Assembly (NCBI GenBank): GCA_951406725.2
Contig: OX597826.1
Location: 63,054,001 to 63,118,000 of the forward strand
Direction of reading: 5' to 3'
DNA length: 64,000 bases
Source of the DNA: Octopus vulgaris
Taxonomy: Eukaryota
How positions within the stretch are numbered: position 1 is the stretch's first letter; every line of letters starts with the position of its first letter. The notes under the pieces were generated by a model, which saw only the letters and a program-made list of their open reading frames with translations, was not told the DNA's origin and did not search any database. Positions 12,501 through 24,790 of this stretch are shown piece after piece. A program made the position numbers and the translations under genes.

Positions 12501-15500
12501 TATCTGGAATGTCAGGAATGTCTGGAATGTCTGGAATGTCTGGAATGTTTGGATCGTCGAGAATATCTGGAATGTCAGGAATGTCCGGAATGTCCGGAAT
12601 GCCAGGAATGTCTGGAATGTCAGGGGTGTCCAGGAATGTCTGGAATGTCAGGAATGTCTGGAATGTCAAGAATGTCTGGAATGTCAGGAATGTAGGAATG
12701 TCAGGGATGTCTGGAATGTCTAGAATGTCAGGAATGTCAACACCATCTTTGATCTCTATCGGCACTCCCTTTGATCTCTGTCAGCACCCCTTTGATCTCT
12801 GCCGGCACCCTCTTTGATCTCTGTCGGCATCCTCTTTGATCTCTGTCGGCCCCATCTTTGATCTCTGTCGGCACTCAGTTTGATTTCTGACGGCAGCCTC
12901 TTTGATCTCTGTCGGCACTCCCTTTGATTTCTGTCGGCACACCTTTGATCTCTGTCGGCACCCTCTTTGATCTCTGTCGACACTCCCTTTGATCTCTGTC
13001 GGCACCCCTTTGATCCCTGTCGGCACGTTCTTTGATATCTGTCGGCATCCTCTTTGATCTCTGTCGGCACAATCTTTGATCTCTGTCGGCACTCTCTTTG
13101 ATCTATGTCGGCATCCTCTTTGATCTATGTCGGCACTCTCTTTGATCTCTTTCGGCACCGTCTTTGATCTCTGGAATGACAGGAATGTCTGGAATGTCAG
13201 GAATGTCTGTAATATATGGAATGTCAGGAATGTCTGGAATGTCAGGAATGTCTGGAATGTCTGGAATGTCAGGCATGTCTGGAATGTCTGGATCGTCGGG
13301 AATGTCTGGGATGTCAGGAATGTCCGGAATGTCTGGAATGCCAGGAATGTCTGGAATGTCAGGTGTGTCTGGAATGTCTATAATGTCAGGAATGTCTGGA
13401 ATGTCTGGAATGTCAGGAATGTCAGGAATGTCTGGAATGTCAGGAATGTCTGGAATGTCTGGAATGTCAGGAATGTCTGCAATGTCTGGAATGTCAGGAA
13501 TGTCTGGAATGTCAGAAATATCTGGAATGTCAAGAATGTCTGGAATGTCTGGAATATCAGGAATGTCTGGAATGTCAGGAATGTCTGGAATGTCAGGGAT
13601 GTCTGGAATTTCTAGAATGTCAGGAATGTCAACACCCTCTTTGATCTCTGTCGGCACTCTCTTTGATCTCTGTCGGCATCCTCTTTGATCTCTTTCGGCA
13701 CCGTCTTTGATCTCTGGAATATCAACAATGTGAGGAATGTCTTGAATGTCTGCAATGTCAGGAATGTTTGGAATGTCTGGAATGTCAGGAATGTTTGGAA
13801 TGTCTGGAAACTCAGGAGTATCTGGAATGTCAGGAATGTCTGGAATGTTAGGACTGTCAGGAATATCTGGAATGTCAGGAATGTCTGGAATGTCTGGAAT
13901 GTCAGGAATGTCTGGAATTTCTAGAATGTCAGGAATGTCAACACCCTCTTTGATCTCTGTCGGCACTCTCTTTGATCTCCAGGAATGTCTGGAATGTCTG
14001 GAATGTCAGGCATCTCTGTCGGCATCCTCTTTGTCTGGAATGTCAGGCATCTCTGTCGGCATCCTCTTTGATCTCTTTGGGCACCGTCTTTGATCTCTGG
14101 AACGTCAACAATGTGAGGAATGTCTGTATTGTCTGGAATGTCAGGAATGTCAGGAATGTCTGGAATGTCAGGAATGTTTGGAATGTCTGGAAATTCAGGA
14201 GTGTCTGGAATGTCAGGAATGTCTGGAATGTTAGGACTGTCAGGAATATCTGGAATGTCAGGAATGTCTGGAATGTCAGGAATGTCTGGAATGTCAGGAA
14301 TGTCTGGAATTTCTAGAATGTCAGGAATGTCAACACCCTCTTTGATCTCTGTCGGCACTCTCTTTGATCTCCAGGAATGTCTGGAATGTCTGGAATGTCA
14401 GGAATATCTGGAATGCCAGGAATGTCCGGAATGTCTGGAATGTCAGGAATGTCTGGAATGTCAGGGATGTCTGGAATGTCTATAATCTCAGGAATTTCAA
14501 CACCGTGTTTGATCTCTGTCGGCATCCTCTTTGATCTCTGTCGGCACTCTCTTTGATCTCTGTCGGCACTCTCTTTGATATCTGTCGGCATCCTCTTTGA
14601 TCTCTGCCGGTACCGTCTTTGATCTATGTCGGCACCTTCTTTAATCTTTGTCGACATCTTCTTTGATCTCTTTCGGCACTGTCTTTGGTCCCTGGGATGC
14701 CAGGAATGTCTGGAATGTCTGGAATGTCAGGAATGCCTGGAATGTCTGGAATGTCAGGAATGTCTAGAATGTCAGTAATGTCAGGAATGTCAGAGATCAA
14801 AGATAGTGACGATAGAGATCAACGAGTGTGCCGTCAAAGATCAAAGATGGTGCCGACAGAGATCAAAGAGTGTGACGACAAAGATCAAAGTCGGTGCCGA
14901 CAGAGATCAAAGAGTGTGCCGACAAAGATAAAAGACGGTCCCGACAAACCGGATCAAACCGGTTCAAATGTCAGGAATGTCAGAAACATCAGGAATGTCT
15001 GGAATGTCAGGAATGTCTGGAATATCTGGAATTTCAGGAATGTCTGGAATGTCAGGAATGTCAGGAATCCCCGGAATGCCAGAAACGTCAGCAATATCAG
15101 GAATATCTGGAATGTCTGGAATGTCAGGAATGTCAGGAATATCTGGAATGTCTGGAATATCAGGAATGTTTGGAGTGTCAGGAATGTCTGGAATGTCAGG
15201 AATGTCTGGAATGTCAGGAATATCTAGAAATTCAGGAATGTTTGGAATGTCAGGAATATCTGGAATGTCAGGAATGTCAGGAATGTCTGGAATGTCAGGA
15301 ATGTCTGGAATGTCAAGAATTCTGGAATGTCTGGAATGTCAGGAATGTCTGGAATGTCGTTAATGTCTGGATTGTCTGGAATGTCATGAATATCTGGAAT
15401 ATCAGGAATGTCTGGAATGTCTGGAATGTCAGGGATGTCAAGAATGCCTGCAATGTCTGGAATGACCCTCTGTCGGCCCCCTCTTTGATCTATGTCGGCC

Positions 15501-16293
15501 CCCTCTTTGATCTCTTTCGACACCCTCTTTGATCTCTGTCGGTACCCTCTTTGCTCTCTTTCGGGACCCTCTTTGATCTCTGTCGGCACCATTTTTGATC
15601 TCTTTCGGCACCCTCTTTGATCTCTGTCGGTACGCTCTTTGATCTCTGTCAGAACCCTTTTTGATCTCTTTCGGAGCCCTCTTCGATCTCTGTCGTCATC
15701 CTCTTTGATATATGTCGGCACCCTCTTTGATATCTGTCGACAACGTCTTTGATCTATATCGGCACCCTCTTTGATCTCTGTCGGCACGCTCTTTGATCTT
15801 TTTCGGCACCCTATTTCATCTCATTCAGGGCCTTTTTTTATCTCTGTCGGCACCCTCTTTGATCTCTCTCGGCACCCTCTTTGATCTCTTTCGGCACTCT
15901 CTTTTCTCTCTGTCGGCACCCTTGTTGATCTCTTTCGGCACCCTCTTTGATCTCTTTCGTCACCGTCTTTCATCTCTGTCGGCACTCTCTTTGATCTCAT
16001 TCGTGGCCTTCTTTGATCTCTGTCGGCACCTTCTTTGATCTCTGTCGGCACCATCTTTGATCTCTTTCGGCACCCTCTTTGATCTCTGTTGACACGCTCT
16101 TTGATTTTTGTCGGCATGCTCTTTGATCTCTTTTGGCACCCACTTTGATATCTTTCGGGACTCCTCTTTGATATATGTCGGCACCCTCTTTGATCTCTTT
16201 CGTCACCCTCTTTGATCTCTTTCGGCACCCTCTTTGATCTCTGTTGACACCCTCTTTGATCTCTGTCGTCACGCTCTTTGATCTCTTTTTCGG
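9528..16293. repeat. Compound satellite: alternating blocks of a ~22-bp unit (CTCTTTGATCTCTGTCGGCACN) and a 9-bp unit (GGAATGTCT/GGAATGTCA) with higher-order organisation
   Basis: Read directly. Roughly 150-160 22-mers and about 350 9-mers, estimated from block length divided by period. Main 9-mer blocks ~10510-10950, 11361-11955, 12280-12739, 13172-13631, 13715-13940, 14098-14332, 14372-14498, 14692-14790, 14968-15465. Confidence 0.98.
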
Positions 16294-16672
16294 GGTGTTA
16301 GTCAATTACATCGACCGCGGTACTCAATTGGTATTCATTTCATTGACCCCGAAAAATAAATGGCAAAGTCGACTTTGACGGAATTTGAACTCAGAATGTA
16401 AGAGCAGACAAAAAACTGCTAGGCATTTTGCCCGAAATGCTAACTATTCTGCCAGCGCACCGCCATTCTTGCTCCCTTAACATTACAACCCAAACAAGAC
16501 ACTGCCTGAAATTTTGTGGAAAGGCGTTAGTCGGTTACATCAACCCCAGTACTTGACTAATACCTAATTTACAGACCCGATAAGGATGAATCGTAAAGTC
16601 GACCTCGGTTGAATTTGAACCCAGAACGCCGCTAAGCATTTGTCCGACTCGTTAAAGATTCTACCAGCTTAC
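16290..16672 (-). mobile_element. Two degenerate SINE family A copies abutting the satellite
   Basis: GCAAAGTCGACTTTGACGGAATTTGAACTCAGAA and AAAGTCGACCTCGGTTGAATTTGAACCCAGAAC. Confidence 0.8.
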
Positions 16673-16886
16673 TTCGATGACGGTGGTGGTGGGGCGGAGG
16701 CAGTGGTGCTGCTGCTGCTCACGGCGATAATGTTGATTATGTTGATCATCATCATCATCAACATCATCATCATCATCATCATTTAATGACCATTTATTTG
16801 TCCCAAGAGCTTGGGTTAAAAGGAATATTACAAAACAGGGTGAACAGAGAGGGGGGTAAATGAATGAGGTGAAAAAACAAAGTATA

Positions 16887-17274
16887 TCTTTATATATAAA
16901 AGTCAAGTTGTGTGTCTGTCTCCTACGATTTAGATTCCTAACTACTCCCACATTTTGCGGTGCAGTTTAACCAAAATCTTATAGTCGTGATTCATATCGA
17001 GCCCTTCTGGGTATTAGCGCGCGTCTACGATGAGTCTACGATTTTTAAAAAAATTTACCATCATTTTTCCCATTTTTAATGCATTTTTTTGCTATTATAT
17101 ACGGGAAGTAACTCTCTAAAAATGTCTACGATGAGTCAACGATTTTTAAAAAAATTTACCATCATTTTTTTCCATTTTTAATGCATTTTTTGCTATTTTT
17201 TGGCTATAACTCTCTAAAAATGCTTTATAGTTATTTCCCTTACAAACCCGAGCAACGCCGGGCGATGCCGCTAG
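16887..17274 (+). mobile_element. Non-autonomous Helitron
   Basis: 5' TCTTTATATATAAA after an A; subterminal hairpin CCCG-AGCAACGC-CGGG (17247-17262); 3' CTAG followed by T; internal ~100-bp tandem duplication. Confidence 0.8.
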
Positions 17275-17727
17275 TAGTATATAAATGCCTTATCATAAGG
17301 AAAATAGTTCTCTTAATATAAGTGACGAGCCTCAAGAACAATTAGGGAGCTACACTGAACCAAACTCTCCATGACAACTAAGGGTAAGTGCTCTTTTCTA
17401 ATGGTTCACCATCGATCTACAGACGTATGCTTAAAATAGTTCCACCCACACAATATTCAACACAGTCACCACTGAAGGAGGAAGTAGGTGAGGAGAATAC
17501 AAAGAAGGAGGATAAGTTAGGAAGAGAAGGGGAAGCATTTTAAGGCTAGGGGACAAATCAATCACGTTAATTTCCAGAAAAATAAATGATACTTTATTTT
17601 CTCGACACCCGAAGAGACCAACGGAAAAAAAAAGCTCGTGTTGGTGAGATTTGAACTCACAACATATAGAGCCTTTTTTTTCCGACGCGCTAACGAGTCT
17701 GCCAGCAGACTGCTTTATCTTTTAATA

Positions 17728-17943
17728 TTGGGTTGATGCATAATTATTGCGGCTTTTTTTTTTTTTCAACAAAATCGATAATAATATTTAACAAAAACAA
17801 GCAAATGGGAAGAAATATTTGAAGTAGATTGTGAACATGCTCTGGAATAACCATTTAAAGATGTTTTTGTTACATGTCGTTATTGTTTTTGTTGAATAAA
17901 ATTTGTTTTAAAAAAAAGCCGCAATAATTATGCACCAACCCAA
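17728..17943. mobile_element. Mariner-type MITE
   Basis: TIRs TTGGGTTGATGCATAATTATTGCGGCTTTTTTT / AAAAAAAGCCGCAATAATTATGCACCAACCCAA, TA on both sides; the TIR resembles the Hsmar1/MADE1 type. Confidence 0.9.
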
Positions 17944-18174
17944 TATATCATGATATGTCTATTGATTTTATTGAATTTCTCTGTAGCATATTACTTATAT
18001 TCAGTTCATATTTCGTGTTGTGTACTTTGTAGATCCAGGTGATACAAAGCTAGAGGGTCATAGTTGGAAAGTCTTTCATGATAGTATTTTCTTCGATCAG
18101 GAAGGATTATGATCGTTTGGCAAAGATACTCTTTCCGTAAGTTTCCAATCGGAAGGTCTAAATTATTACAGAGA

Positions 18175-18219
<45 letters not shown>

Positions 18220-18280
18220 AACATATATACATAGAGAGAGAGAAATTGATATAGTTATACGTGTGCGTGTGTATACACAT

Positions 18281-18388
<108 letters not shown>

Positions 18389-18949
18389 ATGTATATGCAT
18401 TCATCTATATATACATATACATATACACACACGAACAACAGATTTATATACCGGACAATACAGGAAATAGCGTTAAGGTGTGTGGCCTTGAGAAGTAAGC
18501 TGATATCTAACAGAAGTACTGAATTACTTATACTACTTCCAAAACTATGGTACACTACACAACACTGCACCGTACTACCTTTCCATCTGGTTTAACCAGC
18601 GAATTATGTCTGTAAGCGGTTGCTAAATTTCTTAGAAATAGCAGGCAATATCCTTTCATATACCGTACAATCTTAAAAGTAAAATGCACTCGATGATGTA
18701 GCTGTGGATGGCCAAAGAGACGCAGTAGTCATAATTAGAAGATATTTATGCATACGATTGCTAGATTACGACTAATCTGGGATTAAAGGATATGCAACAG
18801 AAAGTCTGTTGGTCTCTCTAAAAGCTCTAGTTCACTACATAGCGTAATATCAAAGTTCAACACGGCAAATATTACATAGTCTCACAAACACAACACTCTC
18901 TAGTTCATTGCACTATGGCTATATCTCATCCTCGACTCTGCTATTTAAG

Positions 18950-18959
18950 ATAGACAGAG

Positions 18960-19050
<91 letters not shown>

Positions 19051-19067
19051 CAGACAGGTAGATAGAC

Positions 19068-19114
<47 letters not shown>

Positions 19115-19127
19115 CAGGTAGATAGAC

Positions 19128-19205
<78 letters not shown>

Positions 19206-19258
19206 GAAGACAGACAGACAGAAGACAGATGGACAGGTAGATAGACAGACAGATAGAC

Positions 19259-19334
<76 letters not shown>

Positions 19335-19392
19335 TCATATGCATACACATATACATATATATATATATATGAATATATATAGATAGATATAG

Positions 19393-19432
<40 letters not shown>

Positions 19433-19672
19433 ATGTATATATATATGTATGCATGTATGTATGTATGTAGGTAGTTAGGTAGGTAGGTAGGTAGGTTGGT
19501 AGGTAGGTTGGTAGGTAGGTAGGTAGGTAGGTAGGTTGGTAGGTAGGTAGGTAGGTAGGTAGGTAGGTAGGTAGGTAGGTAGGTAGGTAGGTAGGTAGGT
19601 ACTTAAGTACGTACGTAGGTAGGTACGTAGGTAGGTACGTAGGTAGGTACGTAGGTAGGTACGTAGGTATAT
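18950..19672. repeat. (GATA)n, (TA)n and (GGTA)n compound microsatellite
   Basis: Direct runs. Confidence 0.95.
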
Positions 19673-19902
19673 GTACACCCACACGGATTTTTATTATTGT
19701 GTATAGAAGAATATATTACTCAAAGAAATTCCAACTTTGATTTTCACGTTTTATTTACAATATTATAATAATATAAGATAATATAATGAAATGATAGAAT
19801 ATTGAATGTCCATTCTGATTGAACTAGTATTTCCATGCAATAAAATATGCAATCACCAGGTTCATGTAGTAGTGGTGACAGTTATGTTTTACAACTTACA
19901 AC

Positions 19903-19957
<55 letters not shown>

Positions 19958-20063
19958 ATGGATTTATATATGTATGCATGTATGTATGTGTGCATATATG
20001 CATATATATATATATGTATGTGTGAGTGTATGTATGTATGTGTATATATATATTCATACATAC

Positions 20064-20142
<79 letters not shown>

Positions 20143-20338
20143 AGTATGTATGCATATACGCATATATGTATATATATATATGTGTGCGTGTGTACGTATG
20201 TATATATATATATATATACGTGTATATATAAATATAAAGTTAATCCAAATAAGAAAGCACAAAAAACACAACAACGTTAGGACGTGGAACAAATATAGTA
20301 TTATTGGACGTTCAGGAAAGAAGGAAAGAAGGAGGACG

Positions 20339-20373
20339 GTTTAACGTTTCGAGCGGAGCTCTTCGTCGGAAAC
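20339..20373 (-). ncRNA. Minimal type-I hammerhead ribozyme motif (core variant CCGACGA) in a PLE-type pLTR remnant (~20235-20445)
   Basis: Minus strand GUUU-CCGACGA-A-GAGC-UCC-GCUC-GAAA-CGUU-AAAC: stem I GUUU/AAAC, stem II GAGC/GCUC, palindromic AACGUU stem III. Confidence 0.7.
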
Positions 20374-20620
20374 ATAGGAGAAGGAAAGATCCAGAGAAGG
20401 GAAGACAGAGGGAAAAAAATCGCCAACGGTACACACGCGGTCGCATATGCATGTATGTCACTTTCGCCGTGCCACCAAGTTAGAAAGACATAAAAAGACT
20501 AACAGCGTTTGTCAAGTAGTAGTGGGTGACCAACACAAAAACAGCTGCACACACATCCACACGCACATCGACACACATTGTATATATATGCATGTATATA
20601 CATATATATATATATATATC

Positions 20621-20985
20621 GACTCCGTCGGTCACGAATGACCATGGGTGCTCATAAGAGGTTCCCGTCCGGGGTACAAGTCTGGGCAGAAAGTCGCCTC
20701 ACTCTCGGACGCACAACCTAGGGTTGTTTTTATGGAAAACCAGAAGTCGCCCATGCATACTAGCCTCCTCTCTCTACGCCACCGATGATATCCAAGGGAA
20801 AGGCAAAGGCCGATACAGCTTGGCATCAGTCACATCGCAGCTCATCTCTGCAGGTGAGCGAACTGGAGAATCGTTAAACAAAGTGACTTGCTCAAGAACA
20901 AAACATGCAGCCCGTTCAGGGAATCGAACTCACAACCTCACGATTGTAAGCTCGACGCTTTGACCACTGTGGCATGCGCCTTCAC
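20621..20985 (-). mobile_element. tRNA-headed SINE (family D) with CORE-like segment and RTE-5'UTR-like body
   Basis: Minus strand: GGCGCATGCCACAGTGGTC...GAGTTCGATTCCC, TTGAGCAAGTCACTTT, TGCCAAGCTGTATCGGCCTTTGCCTTTCCCTTGG. Flanked by (TA)n. Confidence 0.7.
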
Positions 20986-21217
20986 AATGTATGGGTATAT
21001 ATATATATAGTTGCTGGGAAGCAAGCATCTTACTATACAGCCTGCCTGCGCCTCTATATAATGCATAATTTTTATAATACATAGGTATGATAAAACGTAT
21101 ATATATATATATATATATATATATACGTATATGTTCATATATATATAGGCATATATGTGCACACACATATATATACGTACATATATTTATATATACATAC
21201 ATACATTTATATATATG

Positions 21218-21250
<33 letters not shown>

Positions 21251-21251
21251 A

Positions 21252-22447
21252 CAGACATGACCGAAGTAAATAGACACCTTCATAGTCATTAAGATTTATT
21301 CAAATCTGAAATTATACTTTCAAATTATGTATTAATTGTTATAATGTGAATATCTAATATTTAGTAGACATGCCCTATGCATTTTTCAATGCAAGGTTCC
21401 TATTGGGTATATTACTGATCAGATGACGAATATGCTCTTGCGGAAATTCTTGCCAACTTTCATGCAGTACTCTCAAAAGTTTCATGAAGTGTCCTGTTCA
21501 TTTATGTCCCAGAGATGTTCAATAGGGTTCATATCTGGTGACTGACTTGACCTTGGAAGCTTTTTAATACCATTCTCATCCAACAAATCTTGGCTCATTT
21601 TAGCCAAGGGACAAGGAGCCCTATCATCCATAAATAGCCTTCTTTAATCATTTCACCACTGGAGAAGAATTGAAGGAGTCATTTCTGCAATATGGACATA
21701 TATTTATCTGATTTTATGTTTCCCTCACACTCCACCAGCTCTGTTCAACCATTGCTCCAAATTGCTTCCTAGAACATCACAGAATAGCTGCCGTGTGTCA
21801 TTGTTGGCTGTAATCTTTTCATATCAAATTCTTGATCACAGAATCTCCGGACCCACACTCGACCACTGTCAGGAAATGAGGCAAATCTGGACTTATCAGA
21901 GAATATGACAATGCCCCAAATTCTAGTGGCTTCTCCAGTGTTTTCTCAGCTTGATGTTGGCGGGTCGAAAAAGCGGCTTCCTTCTTGTTGCTCTGCTTTA
22001 TTAACTAAGTTTGTGGAGATACTAGGATTTTTCTGGGACTGACATCAGCTTCTGCTATGTCAGAGGCCTTGTAACGAGGATTATCCGCCACACTTCTCTT
22101 AGTAAATAGGTGTCCTGTCAGATGGTCCTGGTTGATCTGGACGAGGTGATGTGGACTCCTTCCCCTCTCTGGTGAATCACACAATCACTCTATTAACTGT
22201 AGAAAACGGTATCCCAAGATTTTCCGCCATTTTACGCTGACTGTGTCCACCTTCACAATGACCCACCATACGGCGTCTTTGAAATTCAGACAACTCCAAA
22301 GCTTCTTTTGTACATAGCATGATTAAAGTTACATGTAGAACATGAAAAATAAAATTGACAATTGATAAAGAATATATAAAACTTTGCAAGTTACAATAAA
22401 CATAAAACGATGTTTTATGGGATGCCAATTTACTTCTGTCATGTTTG
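21252..22447 (-). mobile_element. Near full-length decayed Tc1-like transposon
   Basis: ~27-bp imperfect TIRs (CAGACATGACCGAAGTAAATAGACACC / GATGCCAATTTACTTCTGTCATGTTTG). Minus peptides [61 protein letters not shown] with stops and frameshifts. Confidence 0.9.
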
Positions 22448-22828
22448 TGTATATGACAGAAGTAATGGTGGATGGATGGACATAACTAATTATATGGAGT
22501 GGCCCAATACACCCACGAAAGATTTTGTCATGTGGAGATGAATCAAACTATTATTAAAAATATATTTAGCTCTTATCCAATATATTGAGGAATATTTGCT
22601 TCCGTTTCATTTACTATATTTATACATGTACATATATATAAAATTCTATTAACAAATATTGCTGCTTATGGAACTTAAATAATGCGGCTGAAAAATCTAA
22701 GCATTTATGTCATTCCTGTAGCAACGTCAGCACCTTCAAAATTCTAAATGTCATGTTTATGTCTGGGGGTGTTTTTCTCCAGTTTGCAAATCCAGACTAT
22801 TTATGTGTGTGTGTGTATTTACACATTG

Positions 22829-22870
<42 letters not shown>

Positions 22871-22930
22871 CATATAAATATATATGTATATATATGTGTA
22901 TGTATGTATATATATATAATATGTATGTAT

Positions 22931-22996
<66 letters not shown>

Positions 22997-22998
22997 TG

Positions 22999-23058
<60 letters not shown>

Positions 23059-23312
23059 TGTATATGTATATAATATATATATAATGTAATAAAGCAGATC
23101 CGATGTAATCCAAAATGGTAATCTGAAATAATCCGAAAGTATAATCTAACAGAGTCTGATTTGGTAGTCTTAAAGGTAATTCGGTATGCATACAATCAGG
23201 TTTGACGTCATTAGCATTGAGAAGAATACTGTGAAATCTACAATAATAATACTAATATTAATAAAAAATACTAACAACAACAACAACATCAATGATGATG
23301 ATGATGATGATG

Positions 23313-23371
<59 letters not shown>

Positions 23372-23458
23372 CGTAGGTGACGAAAAAATACTATAAAAAG
23401 TTCGGCGTTGAATGAGTGAAGGAAAGACATGTTAGACAGTTTATATTTATTTGTCCAC

Positions 23459-23873
23459 TAGGCGCAGGAGTGGCTGTGTGGTAAGTAGCTTGCTAACCAA
23501 CCACATGGTTCCGGGTTCAGTCCCACTGCGTGGCATCTTGGGCAAGTGTCTTCTGCTATAGCCCCGGGCCGACCTATGCCTTGTGAGTGGATTTGGTAGA
23601 CGGAAACTGAAAGAAGCCTGTCGTATATATGTGTGTATATATATATATATATGTATTTGTGTGTGTTTGTGTGTTTGTGTTTGTACCCCTAGCATTGCTT
23701 GGCAACCGATGCTGGTGTGCTTACGTCCCCGTCACATAGCGGTTCGGCAAAAAGAGACCGATAGAATAAGTACTGGGCTTACAAAGAATAAGTCCCAGGG
23801 TCGATTTGCTCGACTAAAAGGCGGTGCTCCAGCCTGGCCGCAGTCAAATGACTGAAACAAGTAAAAGAGTAAA
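23459..23873 (+). mobile_element. SINE family B (full length)
   Basis: Closely matches 3863-4288. Confidence 0.92.
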
Positions 23874-24052
23874 ATCGAAACTCAGAAATGAAAGTGAAAC
23901 TGAAAATGCGTGTTTCAATGAGAAGCTATATTTGAAGCGACGAAGAAACACTGAGGGGAAACGTAGTTTTTAGCGTCGGAGAAGAAGGAGTTTGAGATTA
24001 GGCATCAGTTCAGGTCTCTTATCTATATATTTATTGTATTTCATTTCTTTCC

Positions 24053-24229
24053 AGGCATGTTGTGTGGTAAGAAGCTTGCTTCACAGCTACACGGCTCTGG
24101 GGTTCACTCCCACCGCATGGCACCTTAGTCAAGTGTTTTTTTCTACTGTAACCTCGGGCCGACCAAAGTCGTATGAGTGGATTTAGTAGACGAAAACTGA
24201 AAGAAGCCCGTCGTATATATATATATATA

Positions 24230-24281
<52 letters not shown>

Positions 24282-24305
24282 TGTGTGTGCGTGTGTGTGT
24301 GCGTG

Positions 24306-24345
<40 letters not shown>

Positions 24346-24480
24346 TGTGTTTACGTTCCCATAAACTAGCGGCTAGGCAAAAGCGACTGATAAAATAAGT
24401 ACTAGGTTCTAAAAACAATAAGTCCTGGGGTCGATATGCTCGACTAAATCCCTTCATGGCGGTGCCCCAGCATGGCCAAG
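24053..24480 (+). mobile_element. Degenerate SINE family B
   Basis: GTGTGGTAAGAAGCTTGCTT...CGGGCCGACCAAAG...AACTGAAAGAAGCCCGTCG...GGCGGTGCCCCAGCATGGCC. Confidence 0.85.
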
Positions 24481-24575
24481 ATCAAGTAACTTAGGCAATT
24501 AACAGTTTTCTTCACTAATTCAGCATCAAACTTGTACAACGTTTTATTCCTGCACTATATATTACATTTATACTA

Positions 24576-24790
24576 AGGCGGCGGTGCTGGCAGAAAGGTT
24601 AGCACGCCGGACGAGATGCTTAGCGGTATATCGTTTGATTTTACGTTCTGAGTTCAAATTCCGCTGTGGTTGACTTTACCTTTTACCCTTTCGAGGTCGA
24701 TACATTAAGTACCAGTTGCGCTCTTTGGTCGATCTCTTCGGCTGGCCTCCTCCCGAAAAATTTCGTGCCTTGTGCCTAGAGTAGAAAAAA
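24576..24790 (+). mobile_element. SINE family A
   Basis: AGGCGGCGGTGCTGGCAGAAAGGTTAGCACGCCGG...GAGTTCAAATTCC...CCTTGTGCCTAGAGTAGAAA. Confidence 0.9.

Noticed and set aside
9528-16293. CRISPR-like array reading of the 22-bp repeats
   Set aside because: Only 3-5 variable bases between cores, no unique spacers, no cas genes, and a eukaryotic context.
18600-18790. Old dispersed repeat (AATAGCAGCCAAA-like) also near 25940-26100 and 58590-58680
   Set aside because: The similarity looks real, but boundaries and class cannot be defined by eye.
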